A DNA stretch of 64,000 bases from Syntrophorhabdaceae bacterium (GTDB lineage Bacteria; Desulfobacterota; Syntrophorhabdia; Syntrophorhabdales; Syntrophorhabdaceae): NCBI GenBank assembly GCA_963666485.2, contig CAXXUO010000004.1, positions 64,001 through 128,000 of the forward strand. The letters are read 5' to 3'. Positions 10,096 through 20,425 of the stretch are shown piece after piece. The translations under genes and the position numbers were made by a program. The notes below the pieces were generated by a model. It ran no database searches, was not told the DNA's origin, and was given only the letters and a program-made list of their open reading frames with translations. The first letter of the stretch is position 1. Every line of letters starts with the position of its first letter.

Positions 10096-11022
10096 TTACG
10101 CTTTCCTGCGAAGTTCGTAGACCGCGTCGATCCCGGCCACCTGGCCGTTATGGAGAGGCCTCCCGAATGCGTCGAACGAGAGGCCCGTCAAAAACTCCCG
10201 GTGCTCCGCTGGCAGTCTCATATCCGTAACGGCATCGTATCTCTGCCCGAGCAGCTTCATCTCGTCCATGGACACTGCGACGCCGAGCAGACGGGCGTCA
10301 AACCCGTTCTCCCCGGCATACTCGATGAAGTGAGATGCCTTGTAACACCGGGAAACCGGGCAATTCCTGGTATCTGTTGTTCTTCTGAAAGCCTCTTCCA
10401 GGCTGAGGTCTTTATACACGCCTTTTTTCACTCTCAAAACATATCCGCAATGCAGGTGCAGCCATATCGAATCGTAATTATATATCATAACTCTCATGCG
10501 TCCGTCAGGCTTGAGAACCCTTTTCAGTTCCGCCAGCACACGGGAAAGGTCCTCTACGTGATGCAAGACGCCCGAGGAATGGATATAATCGAAATAATGG
10601 TCCGGGAACGGCAAAGATGGGTCAGCGTCATCGATGAGGACCAACCGCGTGTCTGATGCACCGTGCAGAGCTATCCTTCGTCTGCCTTCTTCGAGCGATG
10701 TGGCGGACATGTCCGCCCCGGTTATTTCCGCGCCCGGGGAATTCTCTATGAACCCCACCACATCGTGGCACGGCCCGCACCCGTAATCCAGGATCTTAAG
10801 GCCCGCGAATCCCGAGGTCGGCATGAGCTGATCATAAAACAGGTACTGTGCATTGCGCCAATTCAAGTATTCCAGGGATTCTGCGCGGGAAGCAAATTCC
10901 TTGTGCAGCGTCACGTTGTATTTCGTCCAGAATTCCCGGTTGCCGAATTTTGCCGGCGCATAGGCAATATGCTTGAGGATGGGCAATGACTTGATAATAT
11001 CTTTGATGGTCCTCAGGGACAT
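10096..11022 (-). CDS. Class I SAM-dependent methyltransferase
   Basis: ILDYGCGP, FDYIHSSGVLHH, RVLKPDG; ATG at 11022 avoids overlap with the upstream gene. Confidence 0.85.
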   Translation of the reverse strand: MSLRTIKDIIKSLPILKHIAYAPAKFGNREFWTKYNVTLHKEFASRAESLEYLNWRNAQYLFYDQLMPTSGFAGLKILDYGCGPCHDVVGFIENSPGAEITGADMSATSLEEGRRRIALHGASDTRLVLIDDADPSLPFPDHYFDYIHSSGVLHHVEDLSRVLAELKRVLKPDGRMRVMIYNYDSIWLHLHCGYVLRVKKGVYKDLSLEEAFRRTTDTRNCPVSRCYKASHFIEYAGENGFDARLLGVAVSMDEMKLLGQRYDAVTDMRLPAEHREFLTGLSFDAFGRPLHNGQVAGIDAVYELRRKA

Positions 11023-11023
11023 T

Positions 11024-12328
11024 TCAGTTTGATGTCCTTGCAGATGGTCTGCGCAGCCCGTATTGCCGCACAAGTATGTACTTGTCGAACAGTCCGAGAC
11101 GTCTTAAGATGTCGTGAACGAAATACTTGAACCGGTACGGCAAAAGGTAAAGTTGCGACCTCTTTTCGCGCAGAACAAGCCTGTTGAGCAGCCTGTCATG
11201 TCCGCGTTCGGTCCTGGCCCCGGACGACTCTCCCTCAGAACACTTCCCGACCACCATCTCTGCAAAGCGCCTGTACGTATACAGGCCCGATCCGATGACA
11301 TCTCTGTGCGCGTTTTCAGCGATCCGCCTGCACAGGTCGTGGTCGGCAACCTGCTTCACAACATCGTCCAGGTTGCTCCAGTCCTTCTTGATCTCGATGT
11401 AATGGACACCCGGTTTAAATATGCCGGCGTATTCCCCTTCGATGAGCACCTGGCACGTCCTGGTGATGCAGCACTCGAAATGCCTTGGCGACACGGCGAA
11501 CAGCTTGAGGTTTCCGTCCATACCCGGAAAGCATACCTTCTCTACCTCTTCATATGAAGCATCGGGATCCCGGTCCACGTGTGCGTCGACGCATGTCCGT
11601 ACCGTACCGTCAAAATCGAGCAGGCTCGAACCCCCTTCGCATCCCAGCACTGCCCTGCAGCGGCATAGAAATTTGTACCAATCATCCCCGAAAAGGACAT
11701 CTTTTGTCATATCGGTCGAGACGTCGAGTTTGAGTTCCCCGCCTTTACAGGCATCTGCGAATTTCTCCGCGATCTCCCACTTCAGGCAGCCATGCCTCCC
11801 GAGGTAATACGGCACCTTGCGCGCGCGATAACCGACATCGATGTCCCTGTAACCGTCAACGTATTGTGAAATGCGCTCCAGGGAATTCTCGTCCACATAA
11901 CCCGTGAGGACCGTCACAAAATTCTTTACACCCGACAATCTGCGCGGATAGACCTTTTCCCATTCGGACTCGGGAAGGCAGGTAAAGACGGTCTCTACAG
12001 AATATTCCCTGAAAAAGGTGCACAAGAGGTCGGTATTCAGATATTCATCCTGCGGAATGGCCGCCTTATGCCCGGAAATGTTTTTGAGCTCTGCCCATTT
12101 GACAAGTTGTCTCTGAAACTTCGCCCTGAAATTCCGGCAAACACAAACCGTGTAATGGTAAATGACAATATCAAATGGGATCCTGTCAATGTATCCCGGA
12201 ACGCCGGCTGCAGCGTTCAAGTAGTAGCAGTCATGACCGGAATACCGCTGAAAGCAATAAAGGTGCTCATCTATCGTATTCCTGATATTGCTGTTGCTTT
12301 CCTGGTAATATACGATCAGGATCCTCAA
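11024..12328 (-). CDS. Uncharacterised glycosyltransferase-like protein (paralog of 3932..5212)
   Basis: 434 aa; QDEY, DVGYRAR, SPRHFECCITRTCQVLIEG. Confidence 0.6.
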   Translation of the reverse strand: MRILIVYYQESNSNIRNTIDEHLYCFQRYSGHDCYYLNAAAGVPGYIDRIPFDIVIYHYTVCVCRNFRAKFQRQLVKWAELKNISGHKAAIPQDEYLNTDLLCTFFREYSVETVFTCLPESEWEKVYPRRLSGVKNFVTVLTGYVDENSLERISQYVDGYRDIDVGYRARKVPYYLGRHGCLKWEIAEKFADACKGGELKLDVSTDMTKDVLFGDDWYKFLCRCRAVLGCEGGSSLLDFDGTVRTCVDAHVDRDPDASYEEVEKVCFPGMDGNLKLFAVSPRHFECCITRTCQVLIEGEYAGIFKPGVHYIEIKKDWSNLDDVVKQVADHDLCRRIAENAHRDVIGSGLYTYRRFAEMVVGKCSEGESSGARTERGHDRLLNRLVLREKRSQLYLLPYRFKYFVHDILRRLGLFDKYILVRQYGLRRPSARTSN

Positions 12329-14196
12329 CGCTTCCCCAGTTTCAGTTTCTGCACCTTATGAAAGATCCTGAGCATCAGGTGGTACACCCCGGCCGCCAGA
12401 CGATGGACAAAGGGAAACGGCACCAATGCTAAAGAAGTTTTGAGTGCCACCGAGCGGACCAGTTTTCTCACGCGTATGCTCATAGATTCGGGCAAGCGTT
12501 CGATGATCTCGGCCGGAAGCGGCAGTGCCGAAAAGATCGATGAAATACCGTTCCAGCGAGCGGTAGGGTAGCAATTGATCTTGATCACTTCGTTTGAATC
12601 CGCGGAGTACATGCCGATAGCCGCAGTAAGCAGGACGGTCTGCGACCTGCTGACGACACGATCTCTCAAATAAACGTCGAAATTCTGGATCGGGTCCGAA
12701 ACGTCTTCAGGGTATACAAGTCTCAGGGTTTTATCGGTCACTTTTTTAACAACAGCGTGTATGCCCATCGATTCGACCGAATCTCTGTATACATCGACAT
12801 CACCATCTTCATCCTGCACAAAGAGTATCTTATATCCCCCGAAATCGGGCAGTGCCCGGGAAAATGACTGAGACAAACCTGCAGTGAGGGGGAGCCTGAT
12901 CGTATGATGAATTATCATAACGTCAAAGGCAGTGATATTTATGTTGCATTTCGCGTTATTGGCCGCATGCGTGTAGAAGACCGCCGACCGGGTGAAACTC
13001 AACAAGGTACTGAGACTGTCATAGATGGTACCGAGATTTGTCGCGTACGCGTCATACAGAACGAGGACCTTCGGCGGGTTCCGTTCGGGCCGGGAGCCGA
13101 TAAGACGATCGATATGGCCCAGCAACTCGTTAAACCGTATGTCATAGTCCTGCCCGGAAGCGACCTTCAAACGATCTTGAATGGCAGCCCTGTCAAACCT
13201 GGCCGGGCCCAGTCGCGAAATGGTCTCCGCAAATTCCCGGGCCGTCCTCGCAAATTCAAAGCATTCCGGATACGATTCGAGGGCCTTGATCGGCACACTT
13301 ACGACCGGTAAACCGCACGCAGCATATTCGAAGGCCTTCAGGGGTAAAGATATATTGATGAGATCGATCTGCTTGAAAGGAATGACCCCCAGGGTGGCCT
13401 GGTGACAGATCTCGCGAAGCCTGTCAGGTTCCAGGTAACCCATGACCTTGATGTTTTTCGACCTAAGCGATTGTACATCTCTCACAGAATCGGGGGCAAC
13501 GCTTCCACAGAGCCAAAATTCCCAGTCCGGCAATTCCCGGCCGATGCCGTCAATGAGTTGCCAATCGAGCCGCCAGTTGAGTCCGCCCTGATATATCATG
13601 ATCTTTCTTTTGCCATCGGGCAAAGGAAGTTCGTCAGGTCCGGGAGCCCAATAATCATAATCGCAACCATTTGGTAAAAGCACGGCTTCGCCCTTATAAC
13701 GGTCTTCCCGGACATACGAATTCAGGACCTCCGGGGAAACGGCCACCAGGAGGTCAACACACTTCAGCAACTCGGTCAGGTCCTTAAGTGAATAGGCTTT
13801 CTGAGGAAAATCTTCCGAATAATGGTCTTCCGTCGCGTGGTAGATAAGCAGCGGGGAATGGCGTTGTATTATAAAAGGGAGAAAATGAGGGTTGTACACC
13901 CACAACAGCGGGCTTAAGAAGCCGTTTTTCAGTATGGCTTGATTGATGAATTTGCTCTGCTGTTCACCGTGCCTGGAGTAGACATGCACCACAAAGACAT
14001 TGTCGATCTCGGTCTTCTCGATCGTGAACCGCGGCTCGTTCAGATCAGCCTGAACGAACAGCACCGGCAACCACCTCGCGAAGCGCGATGCATAATGATA
14101 CCTGTTGCTTCGGGGCTCCGTTTTCCAATCGGAAGCCGTAAGCATTACCACGCAGTCAAAATGCTGTGCCAGTATGTCAGGGTTACCCGAGATCAT
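12325..14196 (-). CDS. GT4-like glycosyltransferase with an extra C-terminal domain
   Basis: YQGGLNWRLDW and SLPLKAFEYAACGLPVVS; the C-terminal part resembles the N-half of the 426/434-aa family. Confidence 0.75.
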   Translation of the reverse strand: MISGNPDILAQHFDCVVMLTASDWKTEPRSNRYHYASRFARWLPVLFVQADLNEPRFTIEKTEIDNVFVVHVYSRHGEQQSKFINQAILKNGFLSPLLWVYNPHFLPFIIQRHSPLLIYHATEDHYSEDFPQKAYSLKDLTELLKCVDLLVAVSPEVLNSYVREDRYKGEAVLLPNGCDYDYWAPGPDELPLPDGKRKIMIYQGGLNWRLDWQLIDGIGRELPDWEFWLCGSVAPDSVRDVQSLRSKNIKVMGYLEPDRLREICHQATLGVIPFKQIDLINISLPLKAFEYAACGLPVVSVPIKALESYPECFEFARTAREFAETISRLGPARFDRAAIQDRLKVASGQDYDIRFNELLGHIDRLIGSRPERNPPKVLVLYDAYATNLGTIYDSLSTLLSFTRSAVFYTHAANNAKCNINITAFDVMIIHHTIRLPLTAGLSQSFSRALPDFGGYKILFVQDEDGDVDVYRDSVESMGIHAVVKKVTDKTLRLVYPEDVSDPIQNFDVYLRDRVVSRSQTVLLTAAIGMYSADSNEVIKINCYPTARWNGISSIFSALPLPAEIIERLPESMSIRVRKLVRSVALKTSLALVPFPFVHRLAAGVYHLMLRIFHKVQKLKLGKR

Positions 14197-16123
14197 ATGC
14201 CTTCATCCATAACGAAAGGTTCAGCCACCGCCAGGAAGCAAAATCGGCTGCCGCAGACGTTCGCGACCTCGCAAAATATTCTGCCGCTTTCTCAGGTTGA
14301 ATGTAGCGGCGCACCCGTTCATCCTGTATGGCTTTTTCAATGACGGGGCCGAGCATCTCGTTTTGCCATTTTCGTTCAGGGGTCGCAAAACCTAATTTAC
14401 CGACGCGCCACCGTACCTTTTCAGGCAATACACCGGCCATAGCGTCCCGTAAAACACGTTTCGTATAGCCGTCGCGCAGCTTGAACCGCGACGGCAGGCC
14501 GAGTATAAATTCAACGAGCCTGTGATCAAGGAACGGCACGCGTGATTCCACTGAAAACGCCATTGAATTACGGTCCTCGTACCTCAGCAATGCCTGGAGA
14601 TTATTTATGAATGTCATCTGGTACAGTTTATTCTCAAGATGTTCTTTTACCCCGAAGGGCTTTAACCTCATCGTTTCGCCGTACATTGAACCCTGCGCAC
14701 ACGCCCGGGCAAATTCAACGTCCAGCCAATCCGGTACGGTCCCGTTGCCATTCGCCCTGCCCCGCGCGACCGAAAGGGCGCCACGGCATTGTTCCATGAG
14801 TACCTTCGCCCATGGCTTCCGGTGGACCGAAGCGTACCGGCGTGTTTCTTTCAGCAAGCCGCAGTACTGACGTTTTGCCCTTAGTTGATGGAAGTATGCG
14901 GAATATAGACCGACATATCCCGCCAGCATCTCGTCTGCGCCCTGCCCGTCGAGCATGACCTTGATATCGTTTTCCTTGACGAGCTTGAAAACGGACCATT
15001 GAGCAAAAATACTCGTCGACCCGAATGGCTCCTCCTGGTGAAAGACGATGCGGTCAAGATCTTTAACGAGGTCCTCCCCTGAGGGATAGGTGAAGTGAGA
15101 TCGGGCCCCTGTTTCCCGGATGACCTCCTGCATGTATTCAAGCTCGTTCGCCTCTTCATCTTCGAAATGAGAACTGAAGGTATGCTGGGCCCGTTCCGGG
15201 CTGCCCGTTTTCATGTGGTCACGTATCAGGCACACAATCGAAGAACTGTCGAGCCCGCCGGAGAGGCAGCTGCCGACCTCCACATCCGCCCGTAATTGCA
15301 GGCGCACGCTGTCGGAAAGGAGTCTCCGGAACTCTTCGGATGCCTCCGGCAATGTGATCTGCACATTTTTCTCAAACCCTGGATGATAATAGCGTGATCC
15401 CCGGATCGAACCATCTCTTAGATCAAGGACCAGGTTAGATCCCTGCATCAACCTCCTGATCGAGGCAAAGAACGTTTCTTCCGCGTGATCGACCGCACCG
15501 AAGGCGAGATAATCATATACCACATCGTCGTTAATCCGGCGCGGCACAAAAGCGAAGTGCAGCAATTGTTTTATCTCCGAGCCGAAAACGAACTGTGAAC
15601 CATTATAGAAATAATGAAATGGCTTGACCCCGAACCTGTCCCGGGAACAAAAAAGCTTCGCATTCTTGAGATCTGCCAGGGCAAACGACCAGATCCCGTT
15701 GAAGTGATGAACACATTCCTCTCCCCAGCGCTCGTATGCCGCAAGGATCACCTCGGTATCCGACGTTGTCCGAAAATCATATTCGGACGCCAGTTCATTT
15801 CTCAATTCGATGTAATTATATATTTCGCCGTTATAGGTGATCCACGAACCGCCTGTTTGGCTTGCCATAGGCTGGGCCGCATTGGGCGACAGGTCTATGA
15901 CTGCCAGCCTGCGATGCCCGAGGGCCAGTGTTACATTCTCCTCGGTCTGTATCGGTCCTTCGTGGGCAAAAGAGACCAACCGGGCTTCCGGGGGATCCAA
16001 CCGGAAACATGCGTAACCGAACCCGTCCGGACCCCGGTATGATACTGAGTCGTTGATATCGTGGAACCGGACCCTTTCAAGATCAATTCCCCCCCTATCG
16101 AAAAACCCTGTAATGCCGCACAT
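14183..16123 (-). CDS. asnB: Asparagine synthase-like amidotransferase
   Basis: MCGI, RGPD, SGGLDSS, DGQGADE, SVESRVPFLD. Confidence 0.92.
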   Translation of the reverse strand: MCGITGFFDRGGIDLERVRFHDINDSVSYRGPDGFGYACFRLDPPEARLVSFAHEGPIQTEENVTLALGHRRLAVIDLSPNAAQPMASQTGGSWITYNGEIYNYIELRNELASEYDFRTTSDTEVILAAYERWGEECVHHFNGIWSFALADLKNAKLFCSRDRFGVKPFHYFYNGSQFVFGSEIKQLLHFAFVPRRINDDVVYDYLAFGAVDHAEETFFASIRRLMQGSNLVLDLRDGSIRGSRYYHPGFEKNVQITLPEASEEFRRLLSDSVRLQLRADVEVGSCLSGGLDSSSIVCLIRDHMKTGSPERAQHTFSSHFEDEEANELEYMQEVIRETGARSHFTYPSGEDLVKDLDRIVFHQEEPFGSTSIFAQWSVFKLVKENDIKVMLDGQGADEMLAGYVGLYSAYFHQLRAKRQYCGLLKETRRYASVHRKPWAKVLMEQCRGALSVARGRANGNGTVPDWLDVEFARACAQGSMYGETMRLKPFGVKEHLENKLYQMTFINNLQALLRYEDRNSMAFSVESRVPFLDHRLVEFILGLPSRFKLRDGYTKRVLRDAMAGVLPEKVRWRVGKLGFATPERKWQNEMLGPVIEKAIQDERVRRYIQPEKAAEYFARSRTSAAADFASWRWLNLSLWMKAYDLG

Positions 16124-16131
16124 GATACTAC

Positions 16132-17298
16132 CTACCGGGCCCGTTCCCGTCTATTTGTGTGTTTCACGTTCCAGGCCGATTCGTAATCCCCTTTCAACTT
16201 CGAGGCGATCTTCATGGGGTCGTGCCATTTCTCCACGTATTGCCTCGAGCGCGCACCAATTTCAGAAAGATCGACTGCCCCCGGGGTCAAAACACTTTTC
16301 AGCGTCCTGTATATGTCAGACGCTGTGGTCCTGATGATCGGCATTTCCTCTCTCATCCTCGCAGGGATAAATTTAAGGTCTTCGTCCCGTACATATGCCA
16401 CGACAGGTTTGCCCAGGGCCATAAATTCCGTTGCCACGCCACCATACCATCCAACGAGAAGCTGGTCCACGAGGAGATCCGAGTTCTCATAAGCCTTCTT
16501 CGCCTCGGAATGGGACATGTTCTCGATGAGGACAAAATCAAATTCAACATTCTCGTTCTTAAGCCTGTTCACCGCCTCCTCGATAAAACGGGTCCCTTTT
16601 ACCTTCCGGTGCGTCGGCGCGTGGGCTATGACGGGTTTCTTTCGCGGGGCACCCGAAGTTTTCCACTGACTCAGATCGACGCTGGCGTACGGCACAAACT
16701 CCGCCTTCTCCGGCAATACGTAAAGCAGGTCCGGGTTCAACGCGTATATCCTGTCCGCATACCTGTCGAACCGGGAAATGGCAGTCCTCTTTATCGAGTC
16801 ACCCATCGGCGTGTAGTATCCGTCTTCAACCTCCCCGATATGCGATATCGCAAAGTGTTCCCTGCAATAATCACCCTGCCTCGCGTCGTCCCCCTGGTAC
16901 GTGACCGCCATGACCTTGCCCAGCCTCGACATCATAGCCAGATCTCTGAACTCGACAAGAGAAACATATCTCTCGTATATCGAATGGAGAAACGACCCGC
17001 CGTATGCCCCCGCCTCAAGCAGCGCTTCCGTTCTATACGGTAATATAGGCATCCCCGAATTGAAGTGAATAACATCATAGTGCCTCATGGCCCGATATGC
17101 CAGCTTCAATCGCCTGATCTCCGTTACGGGGCCCGGTGTCGTGCTGTCCCAGAGAACTTCGTCAGACGCGTAATCCAGGTAGTTCTTCGTAAAAGTAACG
17201 CACGTGCTTTCGAGCCCCAACGCACGTTCCGCCCTGACAAGGTTCTGCGGATTTCCGCCGACATCGGTGGGACAGTGGAGAACGCGAAGCTGCCTCAC
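16132..17298 (-). CDS. GT4-like glycosyltransferase
   Basis: HAPTHRKVKGT and DQLLVGWYGGVATEFMALGKPVV. Confidence 0.8.
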   Translation of the reverse strand: MRQLRVLHCPTDVGGNPQNLVRAERALGLESTCVTFTKNYLDYASDEVLWDSTTPGPVTEIRRLKLAYRAMRHYDVIHFNSGMPILPYRTEALLEAGAYGGSFLHSIYERYVSLVEFRDLAMMSRLGKVMAVTYQGDDARQGDYCREHFAISHIGEVEDGYYTPMGDSIKRTAISRFDRYADRIYALNPDLLYVLPEKAEFVPYASVDLSQWKTSGAPRKKPVIAHAPTHRKVKGTRFIEEAVNRLKNENVEFDFVLIENMSHSEAKKAYENSDLLVDQLLVGWYGGVATEFMALGKPVVAYVRDEDLKFIPARMREEMPIIRTTASDIYRTLKSVLTPGAVDLSEIGARSRQYVEKWHDPMKIASKLKGDYESAWNVKHTNRRERAR

Positions 17299-17305
17299 GA
17301 CGACG

Positions 17306-18178
17306 CTATCCGTTTTCCGCTGCGGAGATGATCTTTGCTACCCCGTCCCTGAAATGAGTGAAACCGGGATCTAGTCTATTCTTGAGCAACGATATGTCGG
17401 CAATAAAATTGGTATTGCGGAACCAGGCGGATTCCTCGATCGACTGATTCCTGCCCAAAAATTCCGCCATCGTCACTGCTATCTTCCTGATGCTCAGGAT
17501 CTCGTCGCTCGCCACATTCATGAGCGGGATATCACGCTCCCGGATCACGGAATGAAACACTTTCAGCAGATCGTCGACGTAACAGAGAGATATCTTCAGT
17601 CCGTCGTTATCTTGCGGATCTTCGGGGTTTTTCTCCACAAAGATCGTCTTGCCATTCATAACCATCTCCATGATCATCGGAATGAGCTTGCCCTTTTGGC
17701 CCGGGCCATACACACCGAACAATCTGAGAATGCTGACATGCATGTCGCGTCTGAAAAGGGACAGTGACTCTTCGGCGTGTATTTTACTCAAGGCGTACCA
17801 GTCATCCCGGCGCAGTGCATGCGCCTCCGATAAAGGCTGGAAGCTCGGGGAATAGACGTTTCCGGTAGACGTGTAGATGAAATGTTCCACGTTTTGCCTT
17901 CTGGACAATTCGGCTACCCTGATCGCCCCGACCACATTCATGTTCATCAGATGCCAGGACATGGACGGAACATCCCGGTAATAAGGGGATTGCGCGAGAT
18001 AGATAACCGTTTTCGTGTCCGGGGGAAGCTGAAAGGCATCGGACAAGACCCCGGTCTTCCTATCAATTCCGGGAGAATCCGCTACCGACAATCCATGGAC
18101 AACGAACCCTGCATCACGCAGGTAAGCACTTAATTTTGTGCCAATATATCCGCATGACCCAACAATAAAAATACTCAT
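17306..18178 (-). CDS. NAD-dependent epimerase/dehydratase
   Basis: GSCGYIG, YALSK, LRLFGVYGPG; ATG at 18178 is the likely start. Confidence 0.85.
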   Translation of the reverse strand: MSIFIVGSCGYIGTKLSAYLRDAGFVVHGLSVADSPGIDRKTGVLSDAFQLPPDTKTVIYLAQSPYYRDVPSMSWHLMNMNVVGAIRVAELSRRQNVEHFIYTSTGNVYSPSFQPLSEAHALRRDDWYALSKIHAEESLSLFRRDMHVSILRLFGVYGPGQKGKLIPMIMEMVMNGKTIFVEKNPEDPQDNDGLKISLCYVDDLLKVFHSVIRERDIPLMNVASDEILSIRKIAVTMAEFLGRNQSIEESAWFRNTNFIADISLLKNRLDPGFTHFRDGVAKIISAAENG

Positions 18179-18221
18179 TTCAACTTCCTTTTCACGGTTT
18201 ATTTCAGGTCTGCTCAGGGTC

Positions 18222-18827
18222 CTATGCCCCATATCCTCCGGACTTCCCGAAAAGCCCCTCTTCAACGTACCCGCATACTATATGCCCGATAAGTATATGC
18301 GCCTCCTGTATCCTCGGGGTGCTCGCCGACGGTACACATATACAGTGGTCCGACCTCTTCGCCATCTCACTGTCTTTCTTATCCCCCGTCAATCCAATGG
18401 TCGCCATGCCCGCCGCTTTCGCCGCATCGAGAGCTTTCAGAATATTTCTCGAACTTCCGCTCGTCGATATACCAAGCAGGACATCTCCCGGTTGGCCCTT
18501 TGCTTCTATCTGCCGCGCAAATACCCGATCAAAATCATAGTCGTTCGCGATTGCTGTCAACGAAGAAGTGTTGACCGTCAGAGACTCCGCATCAAGACCT
18601 TTTCGCTCGAGCATAAACCTGCTGACAAATTCGGTCGCTATATGCTGCGCATCGGCAGCGCTCCCACCATTGCCGCAGATCAGAAGTTTCTTACCCGATA
18701 GAAAAGCCTTCAAGAGTATTTCGGCCATTTTTACAATATCCCGGGTCAATTCGGGTTCACTCAAAATCGAGTTTATGACCCGGGCATGTTCGGTAATTTC
18801 ACTGTGCACATATTTTGCCGCATCCAT
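18222..18827 (-). CDS. gmhA: Sedoheptulose-7-phosphate isomerase
   Basis: CGNGGSAADAQH, TAIANDY, GISTSG, PRIQEAH. Confidence 0.95.
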   Translation of the reverse strand: MDAAKYVHSEITEHARVINSILSEPELTRDIVKMAEILLKAFLSGKKLLICGNGGSAADAQHIATEFVSRFMLERKGLDAESLTVNTSSLTAIANDYDFDRVFARQIEAKGQPGDVLLGISTSGSSRNILKALDAAKAAGMATIGLTGDKKDSEMAKRSDHCICVPSASTPRIQEAHILIGHIVCGYVEEGLFGKSGGYGA

Positions 18828-18847
18828 TATGGCTCCTCACTGATTTA

Positions 18848-19867
18848 TTACTGATCGAGTTTCGCGGTCAATCCCTGTTTCTTTTTGAGAAATGTCATCG
18901 TATAGATCACTTCCTTCAGGGAATAAACATAGCGGGTATCGGACAACAGAAAAATGACACCGGCGACCAAATATATTCCAATGCCAATCACGTAATAACT
19001 TATCGAAAAGGTCAGGGCATCTGTTTTTGAGATGTGATACACCGCCAGGGCCACAATGCAGCTATATTGAAAGGTACCCAGAAAACCCGGTGCCGACGGA
19101 ACGCTTATCCCGAACATGCTGATGAGCAAGACAAAAAATGCTGCAAATATCGACAAAGATAAATTATGCGCCAAAAAGAGAAAATATATTGCGAAACCCG
19201 AAAACATCCAGATCAGGACCGACAAGAAAAAAGTTGTCAGCAACTTCCATGGGTCTTTGATTATTGTAAAACCGTCCATAAAGTGCCGAATGTTATTCTC
19301 GATGAAAACTTTGATCTTTCCCGGTAGTCTGCGGCTGAAAAAGCGTATGGCACCGAATATCCTGTCGGGTTCGAAACATACCAGGAGAACGAACACGATC
19401 AAGACTGCAAATACCGCAACAAACATATATGTCGGCCGCTTCAGCCAGGGAAAGAACGTGGTCTGCATCAGGACAAGGAAGAGCAGGGATATCAGCACCA
19501 GGCAATCAAACACACGCTCTATAAAAATGACCGCAAGGGTCGAGCTGAACGGCACCTTTCCGTCGACGCTTATCAGGTAAGGCCGTACAAACTCGCCCAT
19601 GCGCAGTGGGAACAGTATGATCGACATGAAGCCCACACTCGTGATCCCCAGAAGGCTTTTCCCGCTCAGCCGGACTATGGGCGATACGATGACGCCCAAC
19701 CTTACCGAGCGTAAAACCAAAACGGCTAAAAAACACAGGACGGCGGGTGCCAGGAACACATAGCGGAAGTCCCGCGCACCCCTGTATATCTCATCAAATT
19801 TGATGTCCTTGACCGCAAAGAAAACGAGCACCGCGCTTACGAGAACGCTTATGATGATCTTCTTCAT
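18848..19867 (-). CDS. Lysylphosphatidylglycerol-synthase TM-domain (flippase-like) membrane protein
   Basis: Multi-TM; FPLRMGEFVRPY, IERVFD, VPSAPGFLGTFQ; ATGA overlap with gmhB. Confidence 0.8.
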   Translation of the reverse strand: MKKIIISVLVSAVLVFFAVKDIKFDEIYRGARDFRYVFLAPAVLCFLAVLVLRSVRLGVIVSPIVRLSGKSLLGITSVGFMSIILFPLRMGEFVRPYLISVDGKVPFSSTLAVIFIERVFDCLVLISLLFLVLMQTTFFPWLKRPTYMFVAVFAVLIVFVLLVCFEPDRIFGAIRFFSRRLPGKIKVFIENNIRHFMDGFTIIKDPWKLLTTFFLSVLIWMFSGFAIYFLFLAHNLSLSIFAAFFVLLISMFGISVPSAPGFLGTFQYSCIVALAVYHISKTDALTFSISYYVIGIGIYLVAGVIFLLSDTRYVYSLKEVIYTMTFLKKKQGLTAKLDQ

Positions 19868-20415
19868 TTGTCTCTGGTCATCCCCAATATGTAGCGCGCG
19901 ATATCCCACCAGTCCTTTGCAGCAAAATCAGCGTCCTCAAGGTCGACTATCTCATCATCCGTAAGTGAGATATGTATGGTCCGACATCCTGCATTTTTAC
20001 CCGCCAGCAGGTCGGTCTCTTTATCGCCTATCATGAATGAATTGCCGACATCGAGGTCAAACTCCCGGACAGCGCTGAGAATCATACCCGGCATCGGTTT
20101 CCGGCATTCGCACTTATCCTCAGGGGTATGGACACAATAGTAATATGATGTCAGGCTAACCCCGTGCTCGGCCAGCAACGACTCGAGCTTCTGCTGTATT
20201 TTTTCGAGCTCATGGGTTTCGATCAAACCTCGGCCTACCCCTGACTGGTTGCTTATAAGGATTAATTTATAGCCGTGATGCTGCAATTCAGCAAGGCATT
20301 CACCAGCGCCCGCTGCAAGTTTTACCTTTTCATGGTTCGCGAGATATGGAATGTCCTCGATGATCGTGCCGTCACGGTCCATGAATATTGCCTTTTCTCC
20401 TTTTTTACCTGCCAT
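19864..20415 (-). CDS. gmhB: Heptose-1,7-bisphosphate phosphatase
   Basis: DRDGT, SNQSG, CxH..CECRKP, MIGDK..D. Confidence 0.92.
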   Translation of the reverse strand: MAGKKGEKAIFMDRDGTIIEDIPYLANHEKVKLAAGAGECLAELQHHGYKLILISNQSGVGRGLIETHELEKIQQKLESLLAEHGVSLTSYYYCVHTPEDKCECRKPMPGMILSAVREFDLDVGNSFMIGDKETDLLAGKNAGCRTIHISLTDDEIVDLEDADFAAKDWWDIARYILGMTRDK

Positions 20416-20425
20416 ACGAAGCCCG

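Noticed and set aside
16159..17043. 294-aa plus-strand ORF (also 9871..10656 and 26474..27130)
   Set aside because: They lie antisense to well-supported genes and have no recognisable motifs.
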